From IMG/VR virus record IMGVR_UViG_3300044645_001738, positions 19,978 to 83,977 of that record: a DNA stretch of 64,000 nucleotides; one strand, given 5' to 3'. This stretch comes from a virus. Lineage: Duplodnaviria; Caudoviricetes. Below, in pieces: positions 1 to 8,920 of this stretch (its first letter is position 1; every line of letters begins with the position of its first letter). Below the pieces are notes generated by a model, which was not told the DNA's origin, ran no database searches, and saw only the letters and a list, made by a program, of their open reading frames with translations. Made by a program: the position numbers and the translations under genes.

Positions 1-68
1 GTGGCGGTCTGCCTGAGATTCCTGGTCAATACGGACAAGCCCCCAACCTCGACGAGATTCCTTTCTGA
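1..68 (+). CDS. ssb: 3' end of probable single-stranded DNA-binding protein (partial)
   Basis: Frame from nt 3 reads GGLPEIPGQYGQAPNLDEIPF*. The acidic DEIPF end matches the SSB C-terminal tail (DDIPF). Stop overlaps the next ATG (TGATG). Confidence 0.65.
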   Translation, partial: GGLPEIPGQYGQAPNLDEIPF

Positions 69-292
69 TGACGATTCGGTTTTCCCACTCGGATGAAGAT
101 TTAAGTATTTCATTTGAGTCCCAAGCTGTTACTACGGATGAGGTGATGGCGCACTTCATTCAGTTTCTTTTGGCAATGGGGTATGCCCGTGAAAGTATTC
201 ATGAGGCCATGCAAGAAATCGTTGATGAACACGACGATTACTTGAAGAATCTTGACAAAGAAAAAGCTCGGCTGCCTTTTGACGTAGACTGA
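68..292 (+). CDS. hypothetical phage protein
   Basis: 74-aa ORF coupled to the upstream stop (TGATG). Confidence 0.7.
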   Translation: MTIRFSHSDEDLSISFESQAVTTDEVMAHFIQFLLAMGYARESIHEAMQEIVDEHDDYLKNLDKEKARLPFDVD

Positions 293-380
293 GTCACGCC
301 TTGGGATGGCGTTAAAAGCATCCATCGTTTACTACGAACTGACCATGACCCAACTTCCGTCTTTGAAGGACATCAACACA

Positions 381-1385
381 ATGGCTACGAAGAAAACTTC
401 TGCTCTTGCTACACGCGGTCTGGAATCTTTTAAGATGTTCCAGTCCAAAGAATTTGTATCGGGTTACCAGAACCTGGTCACTATCCAACCACTGAACAAG
501 TCCAAGACTCGTGGTTGGTTTGTGCGTAAGTCTGACCTTGACACCTGCGGTTGGACCGCAACTGAAGATCAGTTTGCCAAAGGTTCAGTCATCTGGAACT
601 ACAAGCAAACCTTTGGCATGGCTCCCAACACTTCAATTGAAGAAGGGTTGAACTTCATTGAGCCTCGCCTTCAAGTGCTGTTGCGTTCTCCCCTGATGGT
701 TGAAGAAACTTCTGGGATGCGCCAGGTGATTGGTTCGTTTGACAATCCGAATGTCAAAGAACTGTTTGAGGCTGACAAGATTGCATCTGATCTTGCCAAC
801 AGCAAAGGTGAAATGTACAAGCGCAGGTACAGCGTGCGTACCAAATACCTGGTGTATGTGCTGACCCAGGACAACAAGCGTGCCCATAAGATCCCTATGA
901 TGCTGACGCTGAAAGGCTTGAATGGTACTGACGTTTCTGAGAAGATCCGTCTGTATGAAAAGGAAATGTCTAAGTGCTTGAGCAAAGCACTGGACTCTGA
1001 GGTGCCTCTGGCATTCAATGAAAAGTTCTATGCCACTACGGTGTTCTGCCCTGTGCTGGCAAATGAAATGCGCGGTGCCAACAACGTTGAGATCTGCGCC
1101 ATTGAATCCTTTGACATTCCTGATTACAGCTCCCAGGAAGATGCAGTCGAATCTTTGAATCGTCTGTCAATTCCTGATGAAGATCGGGAATCAACCTGGA
1201 AGTATCAAGAGATGTTCCAGGACTACATCAACGTCCATGCCAAACAGGACTCAGACAAACTCGGTGGTGCCTATGGCATTAAGGAAGGTGTTGAGATTCT
1301 GCCTGTGTCCCGCACCATGGATCCAGTAGATGTCAAAGCCCTGCCTTCTCGCGATGAGTTGACAGGGGAAGACTCTTCACTTTGA
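381..1385 (+). CDS. DUF5895-like protein, possibly DNA replication/recombination
   Basis: Long ORF, likely start at ATG 381 (MATKK). PRLQVLLRSPL and LTLKG motifs recall cyanobacterial/cyanophage DUF5895. Acidic C-terminus; lies beside ssb. Confidence 0.55.
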   Translation: MATKKTSALATRGLESFKMFQSKEFVSGYQNLVTIQPLNKSKTRGWFVRKSDLDTCGWTATEDQFAKGSVIWNYKQTFGMAPNTSIEEGLNFIEPRLQVLLRSPLMVEETSGMRQVIGSFDNPNVKELFEADKIASDLANSKGEMYKRRYSVRTKYLVYVLTQDNKRAHKIPMMLTLKGLNGTDVSEKIRLYEKEMSKCLSKALDSEVPLAFNEKFYATTVFCPVLANEMRGANNVEICAIESFDIPDYSSQEDAVESLNRLSIPDEDRESTWKYQEMFQDYINVHAKQDSDKLGGAYGIKEGVEILPVSRTMDPVDVKALPSRDELTGEDSSL

Positions 1386-1643
1386 TGTAGGTTCAACCTT
1401 AGGGTTAGCCAGGTCATCTTGATTAATGGAAACATTATTGAAGATGAACATATCCTGGACTAACCCTCGGATACAACCTTGACGATTAGTGGCGATCTGC
1501 GCAAGCAAGGTCGCCATTTCTTTTAACTCACTTACGGAGTTACAGTCTTGAATTGAACGTTTGATTTTTTCTAGCCAGAACTTATCGTCAAGCGATGGTT
1601 CAATCTGAAACTTGTTCAGGGGTACGTACTGAATTTCTTCCAT
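1377..1643 (-). CDS. small helical protein, divergent NblA-like candidate
   Basis: PSLDDKFWLEKIKRSIQDC..SELKEMATLL loosely follows the NblA LSLEQQF-helix-loop-helix pattern. Own TACAAT -10 near 1667-1672. Confidence 0.4.
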   Translation of the reverse strand: MEEIQYVPLNKFQIEPSLDDKFWLEKIKRSIQDCNSVSELKEMATLLAQIATNRQGCIRGLVQDMFIFNNVSINQDDLANPKVEPTSK

Positions 1644-1724
1644 AGGTATTCAGTTGTTACAAATCAATTGTACTTCCATAGTTAAATGCAACGTCAACCT
1701 TCACAATGTATTAAGGAGCACACA

Positions 1725-1925
1725 ATGCACAAGGCTGATGCGGCTGCTATCATTGCGGGTAGCACCACGGCATTGGTTGGTGCTGCTATCATTGCGGTCG
1801 GCAGCACTCCCGTTGCCTGGGCTGCACTAGCATACGGGACCTACCGCATGAGCAAACAAGCTCACCGCCTAGTCCAGAGCCGCACTGACTCCAACATCCA
1901 AGAAGAAGATTCTTGGCATGTCTAA
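1725..1925 (+). CDS. small membrane protein
   Basis: AAGGAG SD at 1713; hydrophobic Ala/Gly segment with duplicated AAIIA. Confidence 0.6.
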   Translation: MHKADAAAIIAGSTTALVGAAIIAVGSTPVAWAALAYGTYRMSKQAHRLVQSRTDSNIQEEDSWHV

Positions 1926-2889
1926 CTCAACCCTCAACTCAACCATGACTACTCGAACTGTTCTTGAACTCAACGCTGCACAAGCCAGCATTTACACTCG
2001 TACTAACATCCGTCGTGCTTACCAGGATTTTGATGACTCCGAGATTGCTGGCATTGGTGTGCGAGGCGACAATTGTATTGTTGTGCGTCGCGATGGTAGT
2101 GAGCAGACTTATGACAGGCAGTTGATTAAGACTGCGTTTAGCTCCTATACTCACCGTCTAAAAGATTTCTTCTCGTACCTTGGCCCTCATTACCGTGGCC
2201 CTAGTGTATGGCGTAACAATGCTTACGTATTGTTTAAAGGATGGACCTACACTCACGCCCTTGGACACACAACATCCCATGCAAAACTCCAAGCCCACTG
2301 GGCAGACAAGTTTATACACTTATCAGATGCCGTTAAACTCACCACGTTGCTTCAGTCTGACCAAACGGACCTGGGCCATTTGGTGGCGCCAGACGGATTT
2401 CGGTTTTCGAATCGGCCGTTTGATATGGACTCTGAGTTGGACAACGACAAAGAACAACAGCAGGTGCTTAATGAACCTAGTTGCTCGTGTGGGTCGTTTC
2501 AACGTCAGCTCAACAACCTATCTGCTTTCCAAGAAGAGATCCAGGGATTTAAACCGTGGTGTATTCACCTGACTTGGTTTCAGAAATACAGGGAACTGCT
2601 TTGCAAACGTACTGAGATTCGCAATGCTGCACATAGTGGTGTGTCTGACAAGTGCGTGGCTTGGTGGTACGCACCTCCTGTTGACTCCAACAATGATGGA
2701 CGTTTCGTATTGCTTCACACCAAGTCAGGTGCGCAAGCACCGCTTAGCCACTGGCGTACCTACAAACCACAAGAGGTCCTGACACAGAACGATGCATGGG
2801 ACCTGTTCTTCAATATGATGGAGGCGGGTTACATTCCATTCCCTGGAATTTCACTCCCACAACTCAAGGAGGCCGTCAAGAAATCATGA
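1918..2889 (+). CDS. SWIM zinc-finger domain protein
   Basis: CSCGSF...WCIH = CxC-xn-CxH SWIM signature. Confidence 0.75.
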   Translation: MSNSTLNSTMTTRTVLELNAAQASIYTRTNIRRAYQDFDDSEIAGIGVRGDNCIVVRRDGSEQTYDRQLIKTAFSSYTHRLKDFFSYLGPHYRGPSVWRNNAYVLFKGWTYTHALGHTTSHAKLQAHWADKFIHLSDAVKLTTLLQSDQTDLGHLVAPDGFRFSNRPFDMDSELDNDKEQQQVLNEPSCSCGSFQRQLNNLSAFQEEIQGFKPWCIHLTWFQKYRELLCKRTEIRNAAHSGVSDKCVAWWYAPPVDSNNDGRFVLLHTKSGAQAPLSHWRTYKPQEVLTQNDAWDLFFNMMEAGYIPFPGISLPQLKEAVKKS

Positions 2890-3053
2890 TCTTGTCTAAT
2901 GGTAAACACAGTTATCATCTTGAGTTTGACGATGATACACATTGGGCACTTGTAAAAATTGGTGCCGAGATAAAGATGGATTCTGAAACCTATGCTGAAC
3001 ATGTATTAACCAGTCATGTCGAACAATTCTTGGGTCAACAACCTACAAATTGA
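2886..3053 (+). CDS. hypothetical protein (possible ribbon-helix-helix)
   Basis: ATGA coupling to the upstream stop; strand-helix-helix-like pattern. Confidence 0.5.
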   Translation: MILSNGKHSYHLEFDDDTHWALVKIGAEIKMDSETYAEHVLTSHVEQFLGQQPTN

Positions 3054-3219
3054 ATACAAAGAAGAGCCTGATGGTTCCGGTACAATTGTCATTGAGTGGG
3101 ATGAAAACGACTGCTCACTAGAACAATGGATGTCATGGGGTGAAGAAAAACAAAAACAATTTATTTTTGATGCGCTTACTCTTGCTGTATCTGACGCACT
3201 AAACGACAATGAAACTTGA
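3016..3219 (+). CDS. hypothetical phage protein
   Basis: ORF in a tightly packed + strand operon. Confidence 0.65.
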   Translation: MSNNSWVNNLQIEYKEEPDGSGTIVIEWDENDCSLEQWMSWGEEKQKQFIFDALTLAVSDALNDNET

Positions 3220-3538
3220 TTCATGTGGGTTACCTGAAGATCAATTCATTGAGATCTTCCAGAAGAAGGCCCAGTTCTTAGGCAAACTATTAACAACATT
3301 TCATCCAGGGACGCAGACCATCATGGATGAGAAGATTGCCTGGGAGATGTTCCAGGAATGTGTCTATGCTGCTGAAGCAGAAGCACGGGACATTGTTGAT
3401 CCTGAAGGCAAGGATGATCCCTATGGTCCCAAGATGTTTATCTCCCGTGAGGATATGATGCTTGAGATTAAAACTGTTAAAGAGAAAGTGCAAGCGCTTA
3501 CCGATAGCATCTCTGTGTTAATTCATACAGAGAAGTGA
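3209..3538 (+). CDS. hypothetical phage protein
   Basis: 109-aa ORF overlapping the previous stop. Confidence 0.7.
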   Translation: MKLDSCGLPEDQFIEIFQKKAQFLGKLLTTFHPGTQTIMDEKIAWEMFQECVYAAEAEARDIVDPEGKDDPYGPKMFISREDMMLEIKTVKEKVQALTDSISVLIHTEK

Positions 3539-3542
3539 CGAT

Positions 3543-3570
3543 GCGTCCTGGTCATGACGTTAAACTGACC
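3543..3570 (+). ncRNA. compact H-type pseudoknot motif
   Basis: GCGTC(3543-47)/GACGT(3556-60) stem; loop GGTCA(3550-54) pairs with TGACC(3566-70); intergenic. Confidence 0.55.
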
Positions 3571-3594
3571 TTAACCAAATCCACTAATCAACTC

Positions 3595-3708
3595 ATGTTT
3601 GAATCCATCCTTGGCATTGTTCTTCCCGTTGTTAAAGATTTGTTGTGGGCAGCGGCAGGCATGGCGCTGACCTATTTGATTAACAAGGTTCAACATAGTT
3701 GGGCATGA
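3595..3708 (+). CDS. 37-aa hydrophobic peptide (not in ORF track)
   Basis: MFESILGIVLPVVKDLLWAAAGMALTYLINKVQHSWA*; ATGA overlap with the HicA-like start. Confidence 0.6.
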   Translation: MFESILGIVLPVVKDLLWAAAGMALTYLINKVQHSWA

Positions 3709-3917
3709 CTAAACACGATGCAACAAAACAAATCATTGCACTAGCTAAAACCTACGACTTTATTCTGATCAGGAAAAAGAAACATCTGATTTTCAAGCAT
3801 CCGTCTGGTGCCACGCTTGTAACATCAGGTACCACTGGTGACTGGCGTGCGCTTAAAAATGTTGAAGCCAACATCAAACACATTCTTTTGAAGCATGACT
3901 CAAATCACATCAACTAA
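3705..3917 (+). CDS. hicA: HicA-family (dsRBD-fold) toxin-like protein
   Basis: About 70 aa, basic; FILIRKKKHLIFKHPSG..V..T pattern with the conserved His. Confidence 0.7.
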   Translation: MTKHDATKQIIALAKTYDFILIRKKKHLIFKHPSGATLVTSGTTGDWRALKNVEANIKHILLKHDSNHIN

Positions 3918-4596
3918 ACTCAACGAGCTTAGTGTCATCAAACTCTACGAGCACTACAATGCTCTTGAAAAATCACTGCCTCTACTTACTCCTGAGTCCC
4001 AGGACTTGGCAAAAGCAGAGCTTGAAAGTTGCGCCAACCTACGGTCTGAAAAGGTTGATCGTATCTATTACGCCATGGCGGCGCACGACGACGCCTTGGA
4101 ACGTATCAAGAAAGAAACTGAACTCATTACGCAAGCTAAGCGTCACCACGAATCTCAGCTGCGGTCCCTCAAGGGGTTGTTAAACTGGTTGAAGCGGTCA
4201 TTGCCATTTGATACCAACAAAATCACTGGCCGCAACTATCAGTTCACACTTGTAAAGAAGAGGGAGTTAACGGTTGAAGTCTCGTCGGATCCAGACGTTT
4301 GGAGTCCTGAACACAGGCAACTCTATTGCATCGAAGAACAAGTCACCACAACTAAAGAAATTGTGCTACGTTCAATGTCAGGAGAAGTTCTTTCTACAAG
4401 AACAGAACCTGCCACCAAAACTAAAGTACTCCCAAACCTCGATGCCATCCGCGACGCCTACCAAGCCGGACAACTTCTACCAAGTGGGGTCAAGGTCTGC
4501 CAAGAGTACAGCATCCGTTCTAAGCGAATCTATGTCGAACCACGTGTGGAACTACAAGCATCCGAGTATCCAGGACAATTTCTACCTGAAGATTGA
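3895..4596 (+). CDS. Siphovirus Gp157-like coiled-coil protein
   Basis: EKVDRI..ERIKKE..KR..L..LK..L coiled coil and LPSGV near the C-terminus, typical of Gp157. Confidence 0.65.
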   Translation: MTQITSTKLNELSVIKLYEHYNALEKSLPLLTPESQDLAKAELESCANLRSEKVDRIYYAMAAHDDALERIKKETELITQAKRHHESQLRSLKGLLNWLKRSLPFDTNKITGRNYQFTLVKKRELTVEVSSDPDVWSPEHRQLYCIEEQVTTTKEIVLRSMSGEVLSTRTEPATKTKVLPNLDAIRDAYQAGQLLPSGVKVCQEYSIRSKRIYVEPRVELQASEYPGQFLPED

Positions 4597-4849
4597 AGCG
4601 CCATCCAATGTAGATGATGCCAAGATCAAAATGAACTGCCATCAACACGCAGTGAAAGACTTTGATCTTCAGCTGGAAATGAATGATCTTGAGATTGATA
4701 TGCTCAAAGATCAGGACCAGGTACTGCCGTACAACGAAACACGTGCGGATGAATTAGACCAAAAGAAACTTAAGTTGCTCCTTGGTAAGAGGTTCCATCA
4801 AAATGCTATGAATGCTTATTGGTATTACTTGGCTAAATGTGGTAAATAA
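4532..4849 (+). CDS. hypothetical phage protein
   Basis: Likely start MSNHVWNY at 4532 within track ORF 4274..4849. Confidence 0.6.
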   Translation: MSNHVWNYKHPSIQDNFYLKIEAPSNVDDAKIKMNCHQHAVKDFDLQLEMNDLEIDMLKDQDQVLPYNETRADELDQKKLKLLLGKRFHQNAMNAYWYYLAKCGK

Positions 4850-4855
4850 ACAACA

Positions 4856-5332
4856 ATGAAAAAGTACCCGTCAACAGAAAAATTGCGTCAAGTATTTGAT
4901 TATGTTGACGGGTGCCTTTATTGGAAAATAAAACCATGTATGGCTGTTTCTATTGGAGATAAAGCTGGAACAGATAAAGGAGCAAATGGTTACGCGCGTG
5001 TTAAGTATAATAAATCTATTTATTTAATTCACCGTATTGTTTGGGTTTGGCATGGAAATAGTCTTGATGAAAATCAAGAGATTGATCACATCAACCGCAA
5101 TAGAGCAGATAATCGAATTGAAAATTTACGTCAAGTAAGCAGAGATAAAAATTTAGAAAATCAAAAAGGCAATATGGTTTGTTATTGCCCTAGCGTTAAA
5201 AGCAAAAACAAATGGAAGGCCTATACAAAACAAACAAGCACAAACCGACAAGTTCATTTGGGTTATTATGAAACTAAAGAAGACGCTTTGCAAGCATTAA
5301 AAAACAATGAACGGAGATGCTGCTTTAAATAA
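4856..5332 (+). CDS. HNH homing endonuclease (HNH_3 plus AP2-like)
   Basis: IHRIVW..EIDHINRNRADNRIENLR; C-terminal KWKAY..VHLGYY AP2-like; visibly more AT-rich than its neighbours. Confidence 0.9.
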   Translation: MKKYPSTEKLRQVFDYVDGCLYWKIKPCMAVSIGDKAGTDKGANGYARVKYNKSIYLIHRIVWVWHGNSLDENQEIDHINRNRADNRIENLRQVSRDKNLENQKGNMVCYCPSVKSKNKWKAYTKQTSTNRQVHLGYYETKEDALQALKNNERRCCFK

Positions 5333-5570
5333 ATTAATCGCTGGTTTTACTCAAGATGGAACTCCATTGTCAGCCACCATCGGTTCAAAGCTTGAGCATG
5401 GTGTTCTTGTTTTAACCGCTGCAATGTTATCAAATGAAAACCTAGCTGCTTCTATGAATGCCGAAGAAATGGTAGACGCTTCTATCAATTACTACAACGT
5501 AATCCAAGAACGTCTTGGTTACTACCAGCAACATCAAGCCCATTCACTGGAACGACTTCTAAATAACTGA
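5307..5570 (+). CDS. hypothetical phage protein
   Basis: 87-aa ORF. Confidence 0.65.
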   Translation: MNGDAALNKLIAGFTQDGTPLSATIGSKLEHGVLVLTAAMLSNENLAASMNAEEMVDASINYYNVIQERLGYYQQHQAHSLERLLNN

Positions 5571-5598
5571 TATAGTGACTGGGTCCTTCCAGTTATTG

Positions 5599-5796
5599 AT
5601 GGAACCAGTTACTGTGCCAAAACTAACGGTGTCATTTGCAATTGACATTGAAGTGGAGTATGACTCCTTCGGTGGTAAAACGCCGCAGGATATTGCGATT
5701 GCGCTCCAGGATGAGATTGATGATCTCCTCTACGAAGCAAGCCCCACTGTGTCTTCTGTATTCACTTCCATTACCGCACTGGATTCCAATGACTGA
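5599..5796 (+). CDS. hypothetical acidic protein
   Basis: ORF; likely ATG 5599. Confidence 0.6.
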   Translation: MEPVTVPKLTVSFAIDIEVEYDSFGGKTPQDIAIALQDEIDDLLYEASPTVSSVFTSITALDSND

Positions 5797-6115
5797 CGAC
5801 CTCGCAATCAAACTTAAAACTGCTGGGGCTTTTGATACGCCTTGGCTCAAGGAACAACTCCGCAACTGGAATGTTATTGCTGAGCAAAAGAAAGCGGACT
5901 TTACTGAGCACATGTATGAGTGCTCTGGACGCCAGCACCCACAGCATCCTATGCACGGCCTCTACACCGGCCTGTGGGAAGCCTTCTGCCTGAATGAGGC
6001 AGGTCCGTACTGCCGGGAGAAGTACTTCCAGATGGTGGAAGCAGTGCGTCAATACGAAGCTGGTTTGCTGCCAGCGGTTGCGCTTGACACAGAACCCATG
6101 GTAGTTATATCTTAA
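5789..6115 (+). CDS. hypothetical phage protein
   Basis: Likely start MTDDLAIK at 5789, overlapping the previous stop. Confidence 0.65.
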   Translation: MTDDLAIKLKTAGAFDTPWLKEQLRNWNVIAEQKKADFTEHMYECSGRQHPQHPMHGLYTGLWEAFCLNEAGPYCREKYFQMVEAVRQYEAGLLPAVALDTEPMVVIS

Positions 6116-6140
6116 GCTTTATATTGAACACAGCTGCTTC

Positions 6141-6175
6141 AAAGCACATCACAATGCGGGTGTGCTTTTTCTTTT
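6141..6175 (+). terminator. probable intrinsic terminator
   Basis: AAAGCACATC/GGTGTGCTTT stem followed by a T run. Confidence 0.5.
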
Positions 6176-6643
6176 ATGGACCATCCCCACGAACCCATCA
6201 ATGCCATCAAGGAATGGCAAAAGTGGTACCGCACTCACGCCGTTGTTGCTTCCATGGATGAACCGTTAATGTCTAAGGACTCACGCGAAAATTTGCACGA
6301 CACCTCCAAGGCTACGCATGAGATGCCCGACTGGCGTTCGTTTTACAAAGAACTTGCCGAGGTTGATATTGAACCTACCGAGGTAGATGACAACATCTAT
6401 CTACAGAAAGCAATCGAACACTTTAGTGACACGCTTTGTGAATTTGCACATGAACTAAGTGCTGAACAGTTCTACAAAGCATTCTTGATTGCAGCTACAA
6501 ATGTAGCCAAGAGTGCACAAGATGATTACCTTAAGTGCAAAACATTAGTTGATCTTATTGAAGGCAATGAAGAAACAAAAGCGAGTCAATTATCCGAATT
6601 GGATATGCCACAAGTGCGGCGTAAAGCACGGTGCCTGGTATAA
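6176..6643 (+). CDS. hypothetical phage protein
   Basis: 155-aa ORF. Confidence 0.65.
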   Translation: MDHPHEPINAIKEWQKWYRTHAVVASMDEPLMSKDSRENLHDTSKATHEMPDWRSFYKELAEVDIEPTEVDDNIYLQKAIEHFSDTLCEFAHELSAEQFYKAFLIAATNVAKSAQDDYLKCKTLVDLIEGNEETKASQLSELDMPQVRRKARCLV

Positions 6644-6788
6644 GAACGGGACTTATATTGGACCTGACAATTACTCTACAAATCACATGGGAACTTGTGG
6701 TGTGTGTGGTGCAACTGATGTAAGCGTTACTGAGCCACGGGACTACGGCCACTTGCGTGCTGAGTGGAGGCAAGAAGAACTACAATAA
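6567..6788 (+). CDS. small zinc-ribbon protein
   Basis: CHKCG...CGVCG, two CxxC pairs; TEPRDYG. Confidence 0.65.
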   Translation: MKKQKRVNYPNWICHKCGVKHGAWYKNGTYIGPDNYSTNHMGTCGVCGATDVSVTEPRDYGHLRAEWRQEELQ

Positions 6789-6807
6789 GAAAAAGTCTTA
6801 TGGCAAA

Positions 6808-8142
6808 ATGATTATCCGTTATATCAATGATTATGGTGATGGAACTTCGGGATATGCAGATTACGGTTCTGGAATTGTCGTAACCACTGCAAGTGGTCAG
6901 CCAATTGAAGTAACCAGTACGTCCAGTGGGGTGGTTAACATCCAGCCTGCAGGCGTTGCTTCTGATGCCTTTGGTCGATTGCGTTCTTCCACACCCTTAA
7001 CACTGTTTGATTCCAGCCATCGTTATAAAGATAATGGTCTGTGGACTACAACCAGTGGTGTCGGTGGCACTACAGCATTTAACGCTAATGCTGGACTTGT
7101 AGACCTCAACGTCACAACAACATCTGGCTCTGAAATCATCAGGGAAACAACAAAGGTGTTTGCGTATCAACCAGGCAAGTCCTTGTTGGTGATGTCAACC
7201 TTTGTGATGAACGCATTCAAGACTGGGTTGCGTCAACGGGTTGGCTACTACGGCGCCGACAATGGCATCTATATAGAAAAAGATGGGACCAGTGCGGCAA
7301 CATTTGTTGAGCGCAGTCTTGTAACTGGTTCTGTAACTGAAACCAGAGTTGCTCAATCGAATTGGAATATTGACAAGCTTGATGGTACAGGCGTATCTGG
7401 TATTACGCTTGACCTAACTAAAGCTCAAATCCTGTTCATGGATATTGAGTGGCTGGGTCTTGGTACTGTACGGGTAGGTTTTGTTATTGACGGTAAGTTA
7501 ATTCATTGTCATTCATTCCATCATGCCAACTTAATTACATCTACTTACATCACAACCGCATCGTTACCTTTACGTTATGAAATTAGAAATACTGCTGCTA
7601 CTGCAAGTAGCAGTACACTGAAACAAATTTGTTCAAGTGTTATTTCAGAAGGTGGCTATGAGTTACGTGGCCTCCAGCAAGCCATTGGCACTACAATTAC
7701 TGCACCTTATAGTCTGACTACGGCTGGCACATTTTATCCAGTGATTTCGCTGCGGTTAAAAACAACGGCGCTTGATGCAATTGTCATCTTGACCGCCATC
7801 TCAATTATGTCGGCAGCAGGTACTGCAAACTATGTGTGGCGCGTGGTAGCCAGTGCAACCACTACTGCTGGTACTTGGGTAAGTGCAGGTGCTGACTCTG
7901 CCGTGGAATACAACTTAACTGGTACTGCAACTACGGGCGGACGCGTTCTTGCTCAAGGATATTTTGCTGGCAGCAACCAATCCAGTACTACAATCGACAT
8001 CTTGAAAGAAGCATTGTTTAAATTTCAGTTAGAGCGTAATGGTTTAACTGGTACTCCTTATGAGTTGTCACTTGTTTTGGCTGCTAGTGCAAACACATCA
8101 ACTGTGCATGCTGCATTGGATTGGGAAGAAATCTCAAGATAA
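6808..8142 (+). CDS. conserved phage protein, beta-rich, probably virion-associated
   Basis: DAFGRLR..PLTLFDS, YQPGKS, IEWLGLG, WEEI motifs seen in cyanophage hypothetical proteins; preceded by TACAATAAG. Confidence 0.7.
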   Translation: MIIRYINDYGDGTSGYADYGSGIVVTTASGQPIEVTSTSSGVVNIQPAGVASDAFGRLRSSTPLTLFDSSHRYKDNGLWTTTSGVGGTTAFNANAGLVDLNVTTTSGSEIIRETTKVFAYQPGKSLLVMSTFVMNAFKTGLRQRVGYYGADNGIYIEKDGTSAATFVERSLVTGSVTETRVAQSNWNIDKLDGTGVSGITLDLTKAQILFMDIEWLGLGTVRVGFVIDGKLIHCHSFHHANLITSTYITTASLPLRYEIRNTAATASSSTLKQICSSVISEGGYELRGLQQAIGTTITAPYSLTTAGTFYPVISLRLKTTALDAIVILTAISIMSAAGTANYVWRVVASATTTAGTWVSAGADSAVEYNLTGTATTGGRVLAQGYFAGSNQSSTTIDILKEALFKFQLERNGLTGTPYELSLVLAASANTSTVHAALDWEEISR

Positions 8143-8191
8143 GCCGTTGAGGTATTGACGGCTGATAAACTAGAACTATTGATAAGTAACC

Positions 8192-8746
8192 ATGTATACT
8201 CCTGCCCCTCAACAGTACCAGGCTGCGGAAACTCCTCAGGCACAACCTGTTCCTCGGCCCCAGGACAAGCCTAAGGCTCCCGCTAAATCCAAGGCTGGTG
8301 GTGATGTGGGTGCATTCATCCAGCAGTGCATTTCACTTTGCGCTTACCTCAAGGAACTTGAGACTCAATCACATTTGATTCATCTCAACTACGAGGGATC
8401 AAACTTCCTTGGGGTCCACGCATTCCTGAAGGATCAATACGAGGCTCACCTAGAACAGTTTGATACCCTTGCTGAGTTTGTTCGCAGCATGGACTACCTG
8501 ATGCCAATGTGTGGCTGTGGTCTTAAAGATGCTGCTCCTCCCATGCAGGCAGTGACTTCCTACAAGGGCGCTGACATGCTTGGCGTGTACTACAAGAACC
8601 TTGAGGAGCTGGGCATGAAAGCCAAGAAGCTTGAGCCTGTAGCACAAAAGGTTGGGGCAATTGACATCCAGAACTACATGGCTGATCTTGTTGGCCAGGC
8701 ATTTAAAGCTGCTTGGTTTGTTAAAGCGGTACTTAGGTCTTCTTGA
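8192..8746 (+). CDS. dps: Dps/ferritin-like protein
   Basis: HLIHLNYEGSNFLGVH..Y..DTLAEF = Dps H/H/D/E ferroxidase pattern; Pro/Lys-rich N-terminal tail. Confidence 0.85.
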   Translation: MYTPAPQQYQAAETPQAQPVPRPQDKPKAPAKSKAGGDVGAFIQQCISLCAYLKELETQSHLIHLNYEGSNFLGVHAFLKDQYEAHLEQFDTLAEFVRSMDYLMPMCGCGLKDAAPPMQAVTSYKGADMLGVYYKNLEELGMKAKKLEPVAQKVGAIDIQNYMADLVGQAFKAAWFVKAVLRSS

Positions 8747-8920
8747 ATTTTTGCCCTGGGATAACTGGTTGCATTACAGCATCGTAATGTGACCAGCCAA
8801 GCTTTAAGCGTCGTTCAATAGTTTGGCGTTTAAGTCCTGTTTCTAATGCCCATTCTTTAACTGTTTGGCATTTGCCGTCAATCGTAATAGAAATACACAT
8901 TGAACGATTTCTATTTTGTA
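8733..8920 (-). pseudogene. C-terminal remnant of a homing endonuclease (DNA-binding part only)
   Basis: QNRNRS..ITIDGKCQTVKEWA..GL..TI..RL..GW matches the C-terminus of 43547..44146; nuclease core absent. Confidence 0.55.

Noticed and set aside
8-18. 11-mer TCTGCCTGAGA shared with 35444-35454
   Set aside because: The first copy lies in the ssb coding tail; a single match is compatible with chance.
1743-1810. Short duplication GCTGCTATCATTGCGG
   Set aside because: Two copies inside a small hydrophobic ORF; an ordinary intragenic duplication.
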